Part shown: positions 8,596-18,404 of the stretch, piece after piece | How positions within the stretch are numbered: position 1 is the first letter of the stretch | How the letters are laid out: the number at the start of each line of letters is the position of its first letter | DNA from: an uncultured delta proteobacterium | GTDB lineage: Bacteria; Desulfobacterota; Desulfobaccia; Desulfobaccales; 0-14-0-80-60-11 | Assembly: GCA_963697965.1 (NCBI GenBank) | Contig: OY969108.1 | Coordinates: 1,055,997 to 1,119,996, forward strand | Direction of reading: 5' to 3' | Length of the DNA stretch: 64,000 nt | Notes under the pieces: model-generated | Database searches by the model: none | Seen by the model: the letters and a program-made list of their open reading frames with translations, nothing else | Told to the model about the DNA's origin: nothing | Position numbers and translations under genes: made by a program

Positions 8596-9925
8596 CCTGG
8601 GCCTGGGCCAACTTTTGCTCCAGTAGCTGCACTTCCTGGGCCAGGCGTTTATTGGTCTTGCGTTCCCGCTCCAGGGTTTGCAAGGCGTGCACCACGGTGG
8701 CGTGGCTCCTTTGAAAGAGGAGCCCCAACTCCGCCATCGTCTTCTCCGAATAGAGGCGGGCGAAATAATACCCTAGCTGCCGGGCCCGCACCAGCCGCTT
8801 CTGGCGGGAACGCCCCAAGAGTTCCACCAGGCTCACCCCATAATAGTCGCAGACAATCTTTTGGATCTCCGGGATGCTCAGGCGGCTGGACACCGCCTGC
8901 AAGTCCTGGAGGACCTCCCGGGCCATGGACGGGTTGAAGCTCTGGTTGAGCAAGGCCGACCGGGCCAGCAGGCAGTCCAGGGCGCTCTCCAGGCGGCGGA
9001 CGTCGCCGCTGACATATTCCGCCAGGTATTCCAGGATCTTCACCGAGACTTGCACCCCCCGGCTCTCGGCCTTTTTGGCCAGGATATTCACCCGGGTGGG
9101 GAAGTCCGGAGGGCCGATGGGGGTAATGACCCCGCCGGTGAGCCGGGAGCGGAGTTCCTGGGAGAGTTGGCTGATCTCCCCAGGAAGATAACAACTGGTG
9201 AAGACCAGCCTTTTGCGGTGGCTCAGGAGGGTGTCCAGGGTGTAGCACACTTCCGCCTGAATCTTCTCTTTGCCGCTTAAAAACTGGACCTCTTCCAGGA
9301 GCAAAATGTCGCATTCGCGGCGGAAGCGCTCCTTGAAATCGGCCATCTGCCCGCTTTTCAAGGCCCTCACCATTTGGTTGGCGAAATTCTCCGCGGTGAG
9401 ATACATTACCCTGCCCGCACCGGCCGTCTGGCTGATGAAGTTGCCCATGGCCTGGGATAGATGGCTCTTGCCCAGACCGGGGTTGGAGGTGATGAACAAG
9501 AGATGGTTATAAAAGGTGTCATCCCTGGCCAGGGCCCGGGAAGCTTGATAGGCCAGGCGGTTGGAGGCCCCGACCACAAATTTATCAAAGGTGAAGGCTT
9601 GGTTAAGACGGCTCCAGGTGGTAGGCGGCGCTAACTGGGGCAAAACCGGATGGGCCGGCCGCGGCAACGTCTGCGGCCGGGCAGGGGCGTTGAGCAATTT
9701 CAAGGACACCCCCGCCGGCGTCTGCCCCAGGTTTGCCAGGGCCTGCCGGATTAGCGGCAGATAATGGCCCTGAACCCATCTCAAGGAAAAGGGATTGGGG
9801 CAGGCCAGCAGCAGTTCGCCTCCGGGACCGCTTTCCACCTGGAGGGGCTCGATCCATAAATGGAAGGTGGAGGAGGGTATCTCGCCCTTGATTACCTCTT
9901 TGACCGCTTCCCAGGTGTTTGTCAT
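8549..9925 (-). CDS. dnaA: chromosomal replication initiator protein DnaA
   Basis: It has Walker A SNPGLGKSHL, an AAA+ core, and a domain IV helix-turn-helix (RQKRLVRARQLGYYFARLYSEKTMAELGLLFQRSHATVVHA). Confidence 0.97.
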   Translation of the reverse strand: MTNTWEAVKEVIKGEIPSSTFHLWIEPLQVESGPGGELLLACPNPFSLRWVQGHYLPLIRQALANLGQTPAGVSLKLLNAPARPQTLPRPAHPVLPQLAPPTTWSRLNQAFTFDKFVVGASNRLAYQASRALARDDTFYNHLLFITSNPGLGKSHLSQAMGNFISQTAGAGRVMYLTAENFANQMVRALKSGQMADFKERFRRECDILLLEEVQFLSGKEKIQAEVCYTLDTLLSHRKRLVFTSCYLPGEISQLSQELRSRLTGGVITPIGPPDFPTRVNILAKKAESRGVQVSVKILEYLAEYVSGDVRRLESALDCLLARSALLNQSFNPSMAREVLQDLQAVSSRLSIPEIQKIVCDYYGVSLVELLGRSRQKRLVRARQLGYYFARLYSEKTMAELGLLFQRSHATVVHALQTLERERKTNKRLAQEVQLLEQKLAQAQVRWGSKPASTLRTDA

Positions 9926-10499
9926 GGTCCCCCGCCGCCGGTGTAAATGCTGAACCGATGCTAACTTTTGGAGCCATCCCAGTCAAAGGGGATGGGACCG
10001 AAATGCACCTTAGCCCGACCACGTTGCCGGCAACCGAGGGGAAGGGTAAAGAGGCAATGGTGGTGCGGGCCTGTCCCACGCCACAAAATATCCTGCGAAA
10101 TCAATATGATTTGGAGCAGGAACCATCGGCCTCAGGGGTTTGTCAGGCTCCCCCGCGGCCCTTTGCGTTTTGAGTCCATCTCGCGTTTGCTACCGTTTCC
10201 GACGATTTTCATAAGATGAAAAGAGAATCAGGTGCAAAATTCGGTATCCCTGCTACACGCATATGAGAAATCCCTTCAAAAAATATTAATTAACAATATC
10301 CATAAGTTATCCAAGCAGCGGCCAGGGGCGGGGGTCATGGAGGAACCGGCTGGGCGGGATGCCTCTCACATCCGGGGTTCGCTGCCAGCCACCAAAGGGC
10401 TGGGGGCCTATGGTCCGCTTTATCTCCGCTTTCCTTGACAAATTCGCCCGCTCGGTTATATCATTGCCTAAATATTTCGAAAATCTTCCGAGGCCGGCC
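9926..10499. other. candidate oriC / dnaA upstream non-coding region
   Basis: About 570 bp upstream of dnaA has no convincing ORF. It contains an AT-rich stretch (10278-10300) and degenerate DnaA-box-like 9-mers ATATCCATA (10296-10304) and TTATCCAAG (10307-10315), plus other TATCC cores. Confidence 0.35.
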
Positions 10500-11069
10500 A
10501 TGATCAATTATCCCGCTTACCGCAAGTTCATCACCCTGCGCAACGGCAAACGGATGATGTTTCGTTTCCTCAACCAGGAGGATCGCCAGGGCTTGCTCCA
10601 GTTGTTTCAGGGTGCTCCCGAAGAGGATGTCCGGTATCTCAAGCAGAATGTCAAAGATCCCAAGGTGGTCAACTACTGGATAGATAACATCAATTACCAA
10701 AAGGTCTTACCCCTGCTGGCGGTGGACCTGGAAACCAATCGGATTGCGGCGGACGCCACCCTGCACCGGGGTAAACACTCCTCCAAGCACATCGGGGAGA
10801 TCCGGATTTTTGTGTCCCGCAGCTACCGCAACCTGGGACTGGGCTCCCTGATGCTGGAGGAGCTGATCGAACTGGCCTTTAGGGAAAATCTCCAGTGGCT
10901 GAGGGCGGAGATCATCGCCGACTTCAAAAAGGTGATCAAGGGCTTCAGAACCCATGGATTTGAACATAAGGCGGTGCTGGACGACTATTTTATCCGCATG
11001 GATGGGGTGACCCACGACGTGGTGTTGCTGATGCGCCCGGTCATGAAAATTGAGGAAGCGGAATTTTAA
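10500..11069 (+). CDS. GNAT-family N-acetyltransferase
   Basis: The acetyl-CoA binding segment IRIFVSRSYRNLGLGSLMLEELIELA matches (R/Q)xxGxG. The ATG at 10500 is chosen over the longer ORF. Confidence 0.8.
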   Translation: MINYPAYRKFITLRNGKRMMFRFLNQEDRQGLLQLFQGAPEEDVRYLKQNVKDPKVVNYWIDNINYQKVLPLLAVDLETNRIAADATLHRGKHSSKHIGEIRIFVSRSYRNLGLGSLMLEELIELAFRENLQWLRAEIIADFKKVIKGFRTHGFEHKAVLDDYFIRMDGVTHDVVLLMRPVMKIEEAEF

Positions 11070-11098
11070 CGGCGGCACCATGGGTTCGCGGTAAGACC

Positions 11099-11125
11099 GG
11101 GGCGGGTATTAAACCCGCCCCTTTT
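11099..11125 (+). terminator. rho-independent terminator after the GNAT gene
   Basis: GGGGCGGGT-ATTAA-ACCCGCCCC forms a 9-bp GC stem followed by TTTT. Confidence 0.7.
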
Positions 11126-11176
11126 CGTCCAGGGCCTCCCTGGAGCGGTTGGGTCTTCGATTAGGGAGAGAAAGCC

Positions 11177-12350
11177 ATGGGGCGGGTAATAACCGGTCTG
11201 GAAAGCTTCCTTAAAGACCCGCCTGCCTGGACGGCCCGGAGCCGGTTGGGGCTGCTCAGCCACCCGGCGGCGGTAGCCGCCGATCTGACCGCCGCCCGGG
11301 AACTCCTGGCAGCCCGCTTTCCCGGACAACTTAAGGTGCTGTTCAGTCCGCAGCACGGCCTGTGGGGGGAGAAGCAAGACAATATGATCTCCTCCGCCGA
11401 CTTTGTGGACCCCCTCCTGAAGCTGCCGGTGATAAGTCTTTATGGTCCCCGGATAGCCCCCCCCGCCGAGGCCCTGGCGGAGGTGGATGCCGTCCTGGTG
11501 GACCTGCAGGACGTGGGCGCCCGGGTGTACACCTTTGCCGCCACCCTGGCCAAGGTGATGGAGGCTGCGGCTCATCTGGGCAAAAAGGTGGCGGTCCTGG
11601 ACCGCCCCAACCCCATCGGCGGCGCCGCGGTGGAGGGTAATATCCTGCGGCCGGAATGGGCCTCTCTGGTGGGGCCTTATCCTCTGCCCATGCGCCATGG
11701 CCTTACCCTGGGGGAACTGGCCCGCTACTACCAGGTCACCCAAAAGATCGACTGCGACCTGGAGGTGATCCCCCTGGCCGGTTGGCGGCGGCGAGACTAT
11801 TTCGACGCCAGCGGCCTGCCCTGGGTATTGCCTTCCCCTAATCTGCCGACCCTGGAAGGAGCCCTGGTCTATCCGGGGCAGGTCCTCCTGGAAGGCACCA
11901 ATCTCTCGGAGGGGCGGGGCACCACCAAACCCTTCGAACTCTGCGGGGCGCCGTTCCTGGAGCCGGCGCGGCTGCAGGCCCTGTTGCCGAAACTGCCGGG
12001 AGTGATCCTGCGAGAGGCCTGCTTTGAGCCCACCTTTCAAAAGTGGAGCGGCGAGAATGTGCTGCGGCTTCCAACTGCACGTCATCGACCGGGGGAGTTT
12101 CAAGCCCTATTTCACCACCCTGGCCCTGTTGGCGGCGATCCGGGAGATTTACCCGGAGCAATTCGCCTGGCGCCAGCCGCCCTATGAATACGAGACCTCA
12201 AGGCTGCCCATCGACCTGCTCACCGGTGACGCCGCCATCCGCCTGGGGCTGGAGCGGGGCTTGAGCGCCGCGGAACTGGAAGATTCCTGGCAGGGAGATC
12301 TGGCCGGATTCCTAAAGACGCGGCGGGAGTTCCTGTTGTATCCGGAATGA
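11177..12350 (+). pseudogene. DUF1343 / NamZ-like exo-beta-N-acetylmuramidase interrupted by a +1 frameshift near 12060
   Basis: Frame 2 reads ...CFEPTFQKWSGENV and then nonsense. Frame 0 continues CCGFQLHVIDRGSFKPYFTTLALLAAIREIYPEQFAWRQPPYEYE..., the conserved DUF1343 C-terminus. Confidence 0.85.
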
Positions 12351-12406
12351 AAAGAATTTGGTGGGGGGGCCTCCGTGCCCGCCATTCCTACCTCTCAGGC
12401 AAAGAT

Positions 12407-12427
12407 AGTGCGCACTGCGCACTCTAC
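12407..12427 (-). repeat. REP-like element (GTAG head plus palindrome)
   Basis: The minus strand reads GTAGAGTGCGCAGTGCGCACT. AGTGCGCA-C-TGCGCACT is a perfect palindrome. Confidence 0.5.
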
Positions 12428-12445
12428 GCTTAATGCACCAGGGAA

Positions 12446-12465
12446 TAGGGCGGCCTGTGGCCGCC
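12446..12465 (+). repeat. REP-like element (TAGGG head plus GGCGGCC-TGT-GGCCGCC palindrome)
   Basis: The same 20-mer core AGGGCGGCCTGTGGCCGCCG recurs inverted near 18283-18304. Confidence 0.5.
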
Positions 12466-12642
12466 GGCCGTCAAAAAACCGGCTTCTTAAAATTTTTAGG
12501 TTTTTCGGCCCATCAATGCCCGATTTAACCAACTGGCCCTTGACTCCAACCAAGTAAGGCCATATCTACCAGGGTAAAGATGATACGGACTAGTTCGATA
12601 ACGTGAGATAGTCCTTGAACGATTAGGTTAGGGGGTTGGGCT

Positions 12643-13806
12643 ATGGCTTCCCCCGTTTCAGTTGGCGCCAAGCTGGCGATGGCCGTAGCGGATTTTCCGC
12701 AACTCCTGGCAGCCTTGGACCGCCTGGGCTACCAAATGGTGGGGCCTACTCTGCGGGATGGCCAGTTGCTTTACGGTGACCTGGTCGGGGTGGCTGACCT
12801 GCCCGTGGGTTGGACCGACGCGCAGGAACCCGGGGTTTTCAGCCTGCAACCCCGGGACGATCAGGCCCTCTTCGGCTACGGGGTCGGCCAGCAGTCCTGG
12901 AAGCAGTTCCTGTTTCCGTCCCACCACCTGCTCTGGCGCGCCGAACGCCACGGCGAAGGTTTTCAGATTATCCCGCCGGCTGAGAACGTCCCCCGCTACG
13001 CCTTCATCGGAGTCCGCGCCTGCGACCTTAAAGCCATGGCGGTCCAGAACCGGGTCTTTCTTGAAGGCCCTTACGTTGACCCGGTTTATCGGGCCCGCCT
13101 GGAGCAGACCTTCATCCTGGCGGTCAACTGCGGCGGCCGGAGTTGCGGCACCGGTTTCTGCGTCTCCATGGGCAGCGGCCCCCGGGCCACTTCCGGCTTC
13201 GATCTGGCGCTCACCGAGGTTTTAGAGGAAGGTGAACATTACTTCCTGGTGGAAGTGGGAACCGGGCGGGGCGCCGGCGTTCTCCGGTCAGTTTCCCAGC
13301 GGCCGGCCGCAGCCGCGGAAATCGGGGCTGCCGACCGCGTAATGGCGGCTATGACAGCAAGTCTGGGCCGCCAGCTGGAGACCCAGGGCCTCAAGGAACT
13401 CCTCTATCGCAATTACGAACACCCCCGCTGGGACGAAGTCACGGCCCGCTGCCTCAACTGCGGCAACTGCACCTGGGTCTGTCCCACCTGCTTCTGCCAC
13501 ACCGTCGAAGATGTCACCGACTTGACCGGCACCGTGGCTGCAAGATGGCGCCGTCAGGACGTCTGTTTCACCGTGGATTATTCCTACATTCATGGCGGCA
13601 GCATCCGCTCCTCGCCCCGGTCGCGTTACCGCCAGTGGCTGACCCACAAACTGGCTACCTGGCATGACCAGTTCGGCTGCTCCGGCTGCGTCGGCTGCGG
13701 CCGTTGTCTAACCTGGTGCCCGGTGGGCATCGACCTCACCGAGGAAGTCCGGGCCATTCGGGATAATGAAGTCCCTCGCAAGGAGACCGAGCATGGAGAC
13801 CATTGA
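12643..13806 (+). CDS. 4Fe-4S cluster subunit of group-3b-type NiFe hydrogenase (sulfhydrogenase beta / AsrA-like)
   Basis: Ferredoxin-type motifs [16 protein letters not shown] and [15 protein letters not shown] are present. It is the first gene of the hydrogenase operon. Confidence 0.8.
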   Translation: MASPVSVGAKLAMAVADFPQLLAALDRLGYQMVGPTLRDGQLLYGDLVGVADLPVGWTDAQEPGVFSLQPRDDQALFGYGVGQQSWKQFLFPSHHLLWRAERHGEGFQIIPPAENVPRYAFIGVRACDLKAMAVQNRVFLEGPYVDPVYRARLEQTFILAVNCGGRSCGTGFCVSMGSGPRATSGFDLALTEVLEEGEHYFLVEVGTGRGAGVLRSVSQRPAAAAEIGAADRVMAAMTASLGRQLETQGLKELLYRNYEHPRWDEVTARCLNCGNCTWVCPTCFCHTVEDVTDLTGTVAARWRRQDVCFTVDYSYIHGGSIRSSPRSRYRQWLTHKLATWHDQFGCSGCVGCGRCLTWCPVGIDLTEEVRAIRDNEVPRKETEHGDH

Positions 13807-14251
13807 GCCCATTCTGACGGCCCACCCCTTTTTCCGGGGGCTGGACCCGATCCACCTCAAGGACTTGGCCGCCTGCGCCTCCAAGGTCAACTACGCGGCG
13901 GGGGAGTTCCTCTACCGGGCCGAACAGGAGGCCACCTCCTTTTTCCTGATTCTCCAGGGCCGGGTCTCCTTGGAAATCTTCAGCGCCCGGCGGGGACCCT
14001 TGACTCTCAATACCCTGGAGGGGGGTGACGTTTTGGGCTGGCTCTGGTTCGAGGAGAAGCCCTATTACTGGTTCCTGGATGCCAGGGCCATGGACCTGAC
14101 CCGAGCCCTCAGTCTTAAGGTGGATTGCATTCGCAACAAGTGCGAATCGAACCACGATTTGGGCTTCGAAATCATGAAGCGCTACGCCCATTCTTTGGCG
14201 ATAGGCTTCCGGGCAATTAGTCTGCAGCTCGCTGATATGTTTCAGGCATAA
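13793..14251 (+). CDS. stand-alone cyclic-nucleotide-binding domain protein
   Basis: ATG 13793 follows AAGGAGA and overlaps the upstream stop by 14 nt. [52 protein letters not shown]...GDVLGW is a typical cNMP/Crp beta-barrel. No HTH or other output domain is present. Confidence 0.8.
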   Translation: METIEPILTAHPFFRGLDPIHLKDLAACASKVNYAAGEFLYRAEQEATSFFLILQGRVSLEIFSARRGPLTLNTLEGGDVLGWLWFEEKPYYWFLDARAMDLTRALSLKVDCIRNKCESNHDLGFEIMKRYAHSLAIGFRAISLQLADMFQA

Positions 14252-14331
14252 CTTAAGGGCGGGCGTCTTGCGGGGAAGTGGTTTGGGGTGTGAGAGACTG
14301 GCCAAGGCCCCGGCGGCGAAAGGGTAAACAG

Positions 14332-15192
14332 ATGACCCCAAAACCTGGGGAAATGAGCTTAGATAACCCTGCCCCCATGCTCCCGGAGATCTTCCAGGTC
14401 AAACGGGTGCAACGGGAAACTGCGGATACCTTCACCCTGGAGATGACCCGATCCGGAGGCAGCGCCGATTTTGCCTTTGTGCCAGGGCAGTTCAACATGC
14501 TTTATGCCTTCAGGGTGGGGGAGGTGCCCATCTCCATCAGCGGCGACCCGGCCCACCCCGGCATCCTGGTGCATACCCTCAGGAACGTCGGTAACGTCAC
14601 CCGGGCTATTTGTAAATCCCGCCCCGGCGCCCAATTGGGTGTGAGGGGCCCCTTTGGAGCGTCCTGGCCGGTGGCCGCGGCCGCAGGCAACGACGTAATT
14701 ATCGTGGCCGGGGGCTTAGGATTGGCACCATTGCGGCCCGCCCTATATCATATCCTCTCGCATCGCCGGGACTACGGCAATATCGAGCTGATTTACGGAG
14801 CCCGCACTTCTGCGGACCTGCTCTACCGCCGGGAGTTGGAGCGCTGGCGGGGTCGCTTCGACGTCAGGGTGCATGTCTCAGTGGACACCGCCGCCGCTGA
14901 CTGGAAGGGGAGCGTCGGAGTGGTGACCACCGTCATCCCCCGGGCCCGCTTCGACTCGGAAAACACCACCGCCCTGGTATGCGGACCCCAGTTGATGATG
15001 CGCTACACCCTCATGGAACTTCTGGGCCGGGGCCTGGCTCCCGCGCAAATCTTCGTCTCCATGGAACGCCACATGAAATGCGGCCTGGGCCTGTGCGGGC
15101 ACTGCCAGTGGGGGCCCTTCTTCGTCTGCAAGGACGGGCCGGTTTTTCGCTACGATAAGGTCCTGGACTGGTTCGAGCGGCGGGAGGTCTGA
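14332..15192 (+). CDS. FAD/NAD(P)-binding plus 2Fe-2S oxidoreductase subunit (sulfhydrogenase gamma / AsrB-like)
   Basis: It has a ferredoxin-reductase-type fold ([19 protein letters not shown]) and the C-terminal cluster motif [23 protein letters not shown]. Confidence 0.85.
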   Translation: MTPKPGEMSLDNPAPMLPEIFQVKRVQRETADTFTLEMTRSGGSADFAFVPGQFNMLYAFRVGEVPISISGDPAHPGILVHTLRNVGNVTRAICKSRPGAQLGVRGPFGASWPVAAAAGNDVIIVAGGLGLAPLRPALYHILSHRRDYGNIELIYGARTSADLLYRRELERWRGRFDVRVHVSVDTAAADWKGSVGVVTTVIPRARFDSENTTALVCGPQLMMRYTLMELLGRGLAPAQIFVSMERHMKCGLGLCGHCQWGPFFVCKDGPVFRYDKVLDWFERREV

Positions 15193-15195
15193 CTC

Positions 15196-15975
15196 ATGGC
15201 CTTGAAAAAAAAGCCCCGGCTTTCGGTCTGGAAATTCGCCTCCTGCGACGGCTGCCAGCTCTCCCTGCTGGACTGCGAAGATGAGCTGCTGGCCGTCACC
15301 GGAGAGCTGGATTTGGCCTATTTTCCGGAGGCCTCCCGGGCCATGGCCAAAGGCCCCTACGACCTGACCCTGGTGGAAGGCTCCATCACCACCCACCACG
15401 ACGCCGCCCTTATCCAAAAAGTGCGCCGAGCCTCCAAATACTTAGTGGCAATCGGCACCTGCGCCTGCTCCGGCGGCATCCAGGCCCTGCGCAACTTCAA
15501 GGATGTCAATGATTTTGTCAGGGCGGTCTACGCCCATCCGGAATACATCCAGGCTCTCGAGCAGTCCACGCCGCTTTCGGCCCATGTCAAGGTGGATTAT
15601 CAACTCAACGGCTGTCCCCTTAACAAACGCCAGCTCCTGGAGCTGATCAGCGCTTATCTGACGGGCCGCACCCCATTGGTCCAGCCCCACAGCGTCTGTC
15701 TGCAATGCAAGGCTCGGGGCAATATCTGCGTCATGGTCACGGGCACTCCCTGCTTGGGGCCGGTAACCCACGGGGGCTGCGGGGCCCTCTGTCCCACCTA
15801 CTACCGGGGCTGCTACGGCTGCTATGGCCCTAAGGAGACGCCCAACACCGCCTCCCTGGCCGCCTGGTTCAGTCAGCGTTTTGGGATCTCCGAAGCAGGA
15901 TTGGTGCAGGCATTTCGTAATTTCTACGCCAACGCCCCGGAGTTCCGCCGGGAGAGCGAAGCCCATGAAAAGTAG
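15196..15975 (+). CDS. NiFe hydrogenase small subunit, group 3b delta type (NuoB/20-kDa fold)
   Basis: The motifs [20 protein letters not shown] and further Cys clusters fit the small subunit. It lies directly upstream of, and overlapping, the large subunit gene. Confidence 0.85.
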   Translation: MALKKKPRLSVWKFASCDGCQLSLLDCEDELLAVTGELDLAYFPEASRAMAKGPYDLTLVEGSITTHHDAALIQKVRRASKYLVAIGTCACSGGIQALRNFKDVNDFVRAVYAHPEYIQALEQSTPLSAHVKVDYQLNGCPLNKRQLLELISAYLTGRTPLVQPHSVCLQCKARGNICVMVTGTPCLGPVTHGGCGALCPTYYRGCYGCYGPKETPNTASLAAWFSQRFGISEAGLVQAFRNFYANAPEFRRESEAHEK

Positions 15976-17254
15976 AACCATCAAGGTCGATATGCTGGCC
16001 CGGGTGGAGGGTGAAGGTGGCCTCTACCTCCGGATCAAAGGCGGCGCCGTGGCCGAAGTCAAGCTGAAGATCTTCGAGGCGCCCCGGTTATTCGAGGCTT
16101 TCTTGAGAGGCCGGCAGTTCCACGAAGCCCCGGATATCACCGCCCGCATCTGCGGCATCTGCCCGGTGGCCTACCAGATGAGCGCGGTGCACGCCATGGA
16201 GGACGCTCTGGGAGTGAAGGTCACCGGCCCCTTGAGGGACCTGCGCCGCCTCCTTTATTGCGGTGAGTGGATCGAGTCCCACGCCCTCCACATCTTCCTG
16301 CTCCACGCTCCGGATTTCCTGGGCTACCAGGACGCCATCAGCCTGGCCCAGGACCACCCGGAGGTGGTCAAAATGGGCCTCCGGCTCAAAAAGATCGGCA
16401 ACGAGGTGGTCACCCTGGTGGGGGGCCGGGAGATCCATCCCATCAACGTCCGGGTGGGGGGCTTCTACCGCGTGCCCACCAAACCGGAACTGGCCCCGCT
16501 GGCGGAGGAACTCAAGTGGGCCCGGGACGCGGCCCTGAAGACGGTGTGCTGGGTGGCGGCTCTCCCCATGCCGGAGTTTGAGCAGGATTACGAATTCGTC
16601 TCCCTGCGCCCTGCCCAGGAATACCCCTTCAACGAAGGACGGCTGGCCTCCAACCAGGGCCTCGATATTGCGGTTCAGGACTACGAGGCCCACTTTGCCG
16701 AGGAGCAGGTCCCTTATTCCAATGCCCTGCACTCGCGGCGCCAGGGCCGCGGTCCCTATTTTGTCGGCCCCCTGGCCCGCTACCATCTGAATTACGACCG
16801 CCTCTCGCCCCTGGCCCAGGAAGCCGCGCAGGAGGCCGGATTGAGCCGGGAGTGCCGCAACCCCTTCCAGAGCATCATCGTGCGGGCGGTGGAAACCCTG
16901 TACGCGGTGGATGAGGCTCTCAGGATCATCGCGGCCTACGAACGGCCCGAGCAACCGGCAATTAAAGCGGAGCCCCGCTCCGGGGTCGGCTGCGCCGCCA
17001 CCGAGGCGCCCCGGGGCCTGCTTTACCACCGCTATCGCCTGGACGAGTCCGGGGCCATCCTGGAGGCCAAGATCGTGCCGCCCACCTCCCAAAACCTGAA
17101 GATCATCGAACAGGACCTCTGGCGGTTCGTGGAAAAGCGCCTCGATTTACCTGATGACCAACTCACCTGGCAGTGCGAACAGTTGGTGCGCAACTACGAC
17201 CCTTGCATCTCCTGCGCCACCCACTTTTTGAAAATCCGGCTGGAGCGGCAGTAG
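15965..17254 (+). CDS. NiFe hydrogenase large (catalytic) subunit, group 3b type
   Basis: It has the N-terminal [13 protein letters not shown] (RxCGxC) and C-terminal DPCISCATH (DPCxxCxxH) Ni-Fe ligands, followed by a 9-aa tail removable by the protease. Confidence 0.92.
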   Translation: MKSRTIKVDMLARVEGEGGLYLRIKGGAVAEVKLKIFEAPRLFEAFLRGRQFHEAPDITARICGICPVAYQMSAVHAMEDALGVKVTGPLRDLRRLLYCGEWIESHALHIFLLHAPDFLGYQDAISLAQDHPEVVKMGLRLKKIGNEVVTLVGGREIHPINVRVGGFYRVPTKPELAPLAEELKWARDAALKTVCWVAALPMPEFEQDYEFVSLRPAQEYPFNEGRLASNQGLDIAVQDYEAHFAEEQVPYSNALHSRRQGRGPYFVGPLARYHLNYDRLSPLAQEAAQEAGLSRECRNPFQSIIVRAVETLYAVDEALRIIAAYERPEQPAIKAEPRSGVGCAATEAPRGLLYHRYRLDESGAILEAKIVPPTSQNLKIIEQDLWRFVEKRLDLPDDQLTWQCEQLVRNYDPCISCATHFLKIRLERQ

Positions 17255-17263
17255 AGGACCGCG

Positions 17264-17893
17264 GTGGCTTCTCCCCAGAATTTTCGACTGCAGATCATCG
17301 GCGTCGGCCAGGAATGGCGGGGCGACGACGCGGCCGGACTACTGGTGGCGCGACTTTTGAAACCGACCCAGACCCGTGGGGGCGGAATTGGCGGTCCAGC
17401 CCCGGGAGGGCGCCCACCCGGGAGCGTCCCCACGGCGAATGCTGCTTCTTCGACGCCAAATCGGCCCCAGGTGACAGTTTTGGAAACCTCCGGTGCGATA
17501 AGCGATTTGCTGGCTGCCTGGGATGGGGCCGACGCCGTTATTCTGGCCAACGCCGTCCGGGGCGGCGGGCCGCCCGGCAAGATTTACCGGTTCCCGGTGC
17601 ATGAGGCCGCCTTGCCGGTAGATCTGTTTCCGGCCGCCTCCACCCACGCCTGGGGGATCGGCCAGGCCGTGGCCCTGGGGCAGGCGCTCCGGCAATTGCC
17701 GCCTTATCTGGTGGTCTATGGCATCGAGGGCCGGGACTTTGGCCCCGGACAGACAATTTCTGCGGCGGTGGCCGAGGCCATTCCGGCGGCGGCCCGGCTG
17801 ATATTGCAGGAAATCCAAGAGGTTCTGGGGGAGGGGAGCAAAGCCTGCCCTTTGCTCGGGCGGCCAGGGACGGCCGCCCCACCCAATTTCTAA
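17264..17893 (+). CDS. hydrogenase maturation endopeptidase (HyaD/HycI family) with a Gly/Pro-rich insertion
   Basis: It starts at a GTG. The motifs IIGVGQEWRGDDAAG and ...AVILANAV...GIG fit the protease family. An insert of about 35 aa, QTRGGGIGGPAPGGRPPGSVPTANAASSTPNRPQ, separates them. Confidence 0.75.
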   Translation: MASPQNFRLQIIGVGQEWRGDDAAGLLVARLLKPTQTRGGGIGGPAPGGRPPGSVPTANAASSTPNRPQVTVLETSGAISDLLAAWDGADAVILANAVRGGGPPGKIYRFPVHEAALPVDLFPAASTHAWGIGQAVALGQALRQLPPYLVVYGIEGRDFGPGQTISAAVAEAIPAAARLILQEIQEVLGEGSKACPLLGRPGTAAPPNF

Positions 17894-18135
17894 TGCACCA
17901 GGGCCAGGGCGCTTCTGAGGGCGGCCTTGGGGGGCACGATTTCGGGTTCTCCAGCCAGGCCCCGCCTGGCCTTTTGCAGCCAGTCGTAGATGGTTTGCCG
18001 GGCCGCAGGAATCTCTACCCGGTTGGGCGGCGAAAGACTCGCCAGGATTGCTTTGATGACCTGCAAGGCTGCGTCGTTTTGCCGCCGGTCCACCATATCA
18101 AATGCCTTCTGAATTTCGCTTTTCATATCGGTCAT
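17890..18135 (-). CDS. hypothetical small protein (81 aa)
   Basis: A GAGGAG SD lies 6 nt upstream of ATG 18135. The amino-acid composition is balanced and no domain was recognised. Confidence 0.55.
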   Translation of the reverse strand: MTDMKSEIQKAFDMVDRRQNDAALQVIKAILASLSPPNRVEIPAARQTIYDWLQKARRGLAGEPEIVPPKAALRSALALVH

Positions 18136-18193
18136 GGCGATCTCCTCGATTTTTCTTTTGTTCGCCGCAGGCTAAAGACAAACGGCGGAATAT

Positions 18194-18404
18194 AAGGAAT
18201 TGGTGGGCAGTGCCCACCCTACATTTTTTCTTGGTAGCCGTTTCAATAATTTTCCAGCCCTGGACACGAGACCCCGATGATCGGCGGCCACAGGCCGCCC
18301 TCTAAAATCCTATCTCTCTGCTTATAGGGCGGGCTGTGCCATCGCCTTAAGCGAAAATATTTGATCTCTGGGCGTGTAGGGTGGGCATTGCCCACCAATT
18401 CCTT
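18194..18404. repeat. MITE/BIME-like element with 30-bp terminal inverted repeats enclosing further REP-like units
   Basis: AAGGAATTGGTGGGCAGTGCCCACCCTACA (18194-18223) is the reverse complement of 18375-18404 with one mismatch. Each arm contains a GTAGGGTGGGCA-N-TGCCCACC hairpin. The interior has two GGCGG-type palindromes. The right end touches the radA stop codon. Confidence 0.7.

Noticed and set aside
12375-12557. 60-aa ORF between the NamZ-like gene and the hydrogenase operon (and similar small ORFs at 40539-40805 and 59568-59888)
   Set aside because: These ORFs are built largely from REP-like palindromes (translations such as ...GAPMCAPPTKV and GANTGVRPYKNLL). They have no SD and no coding-like composition.
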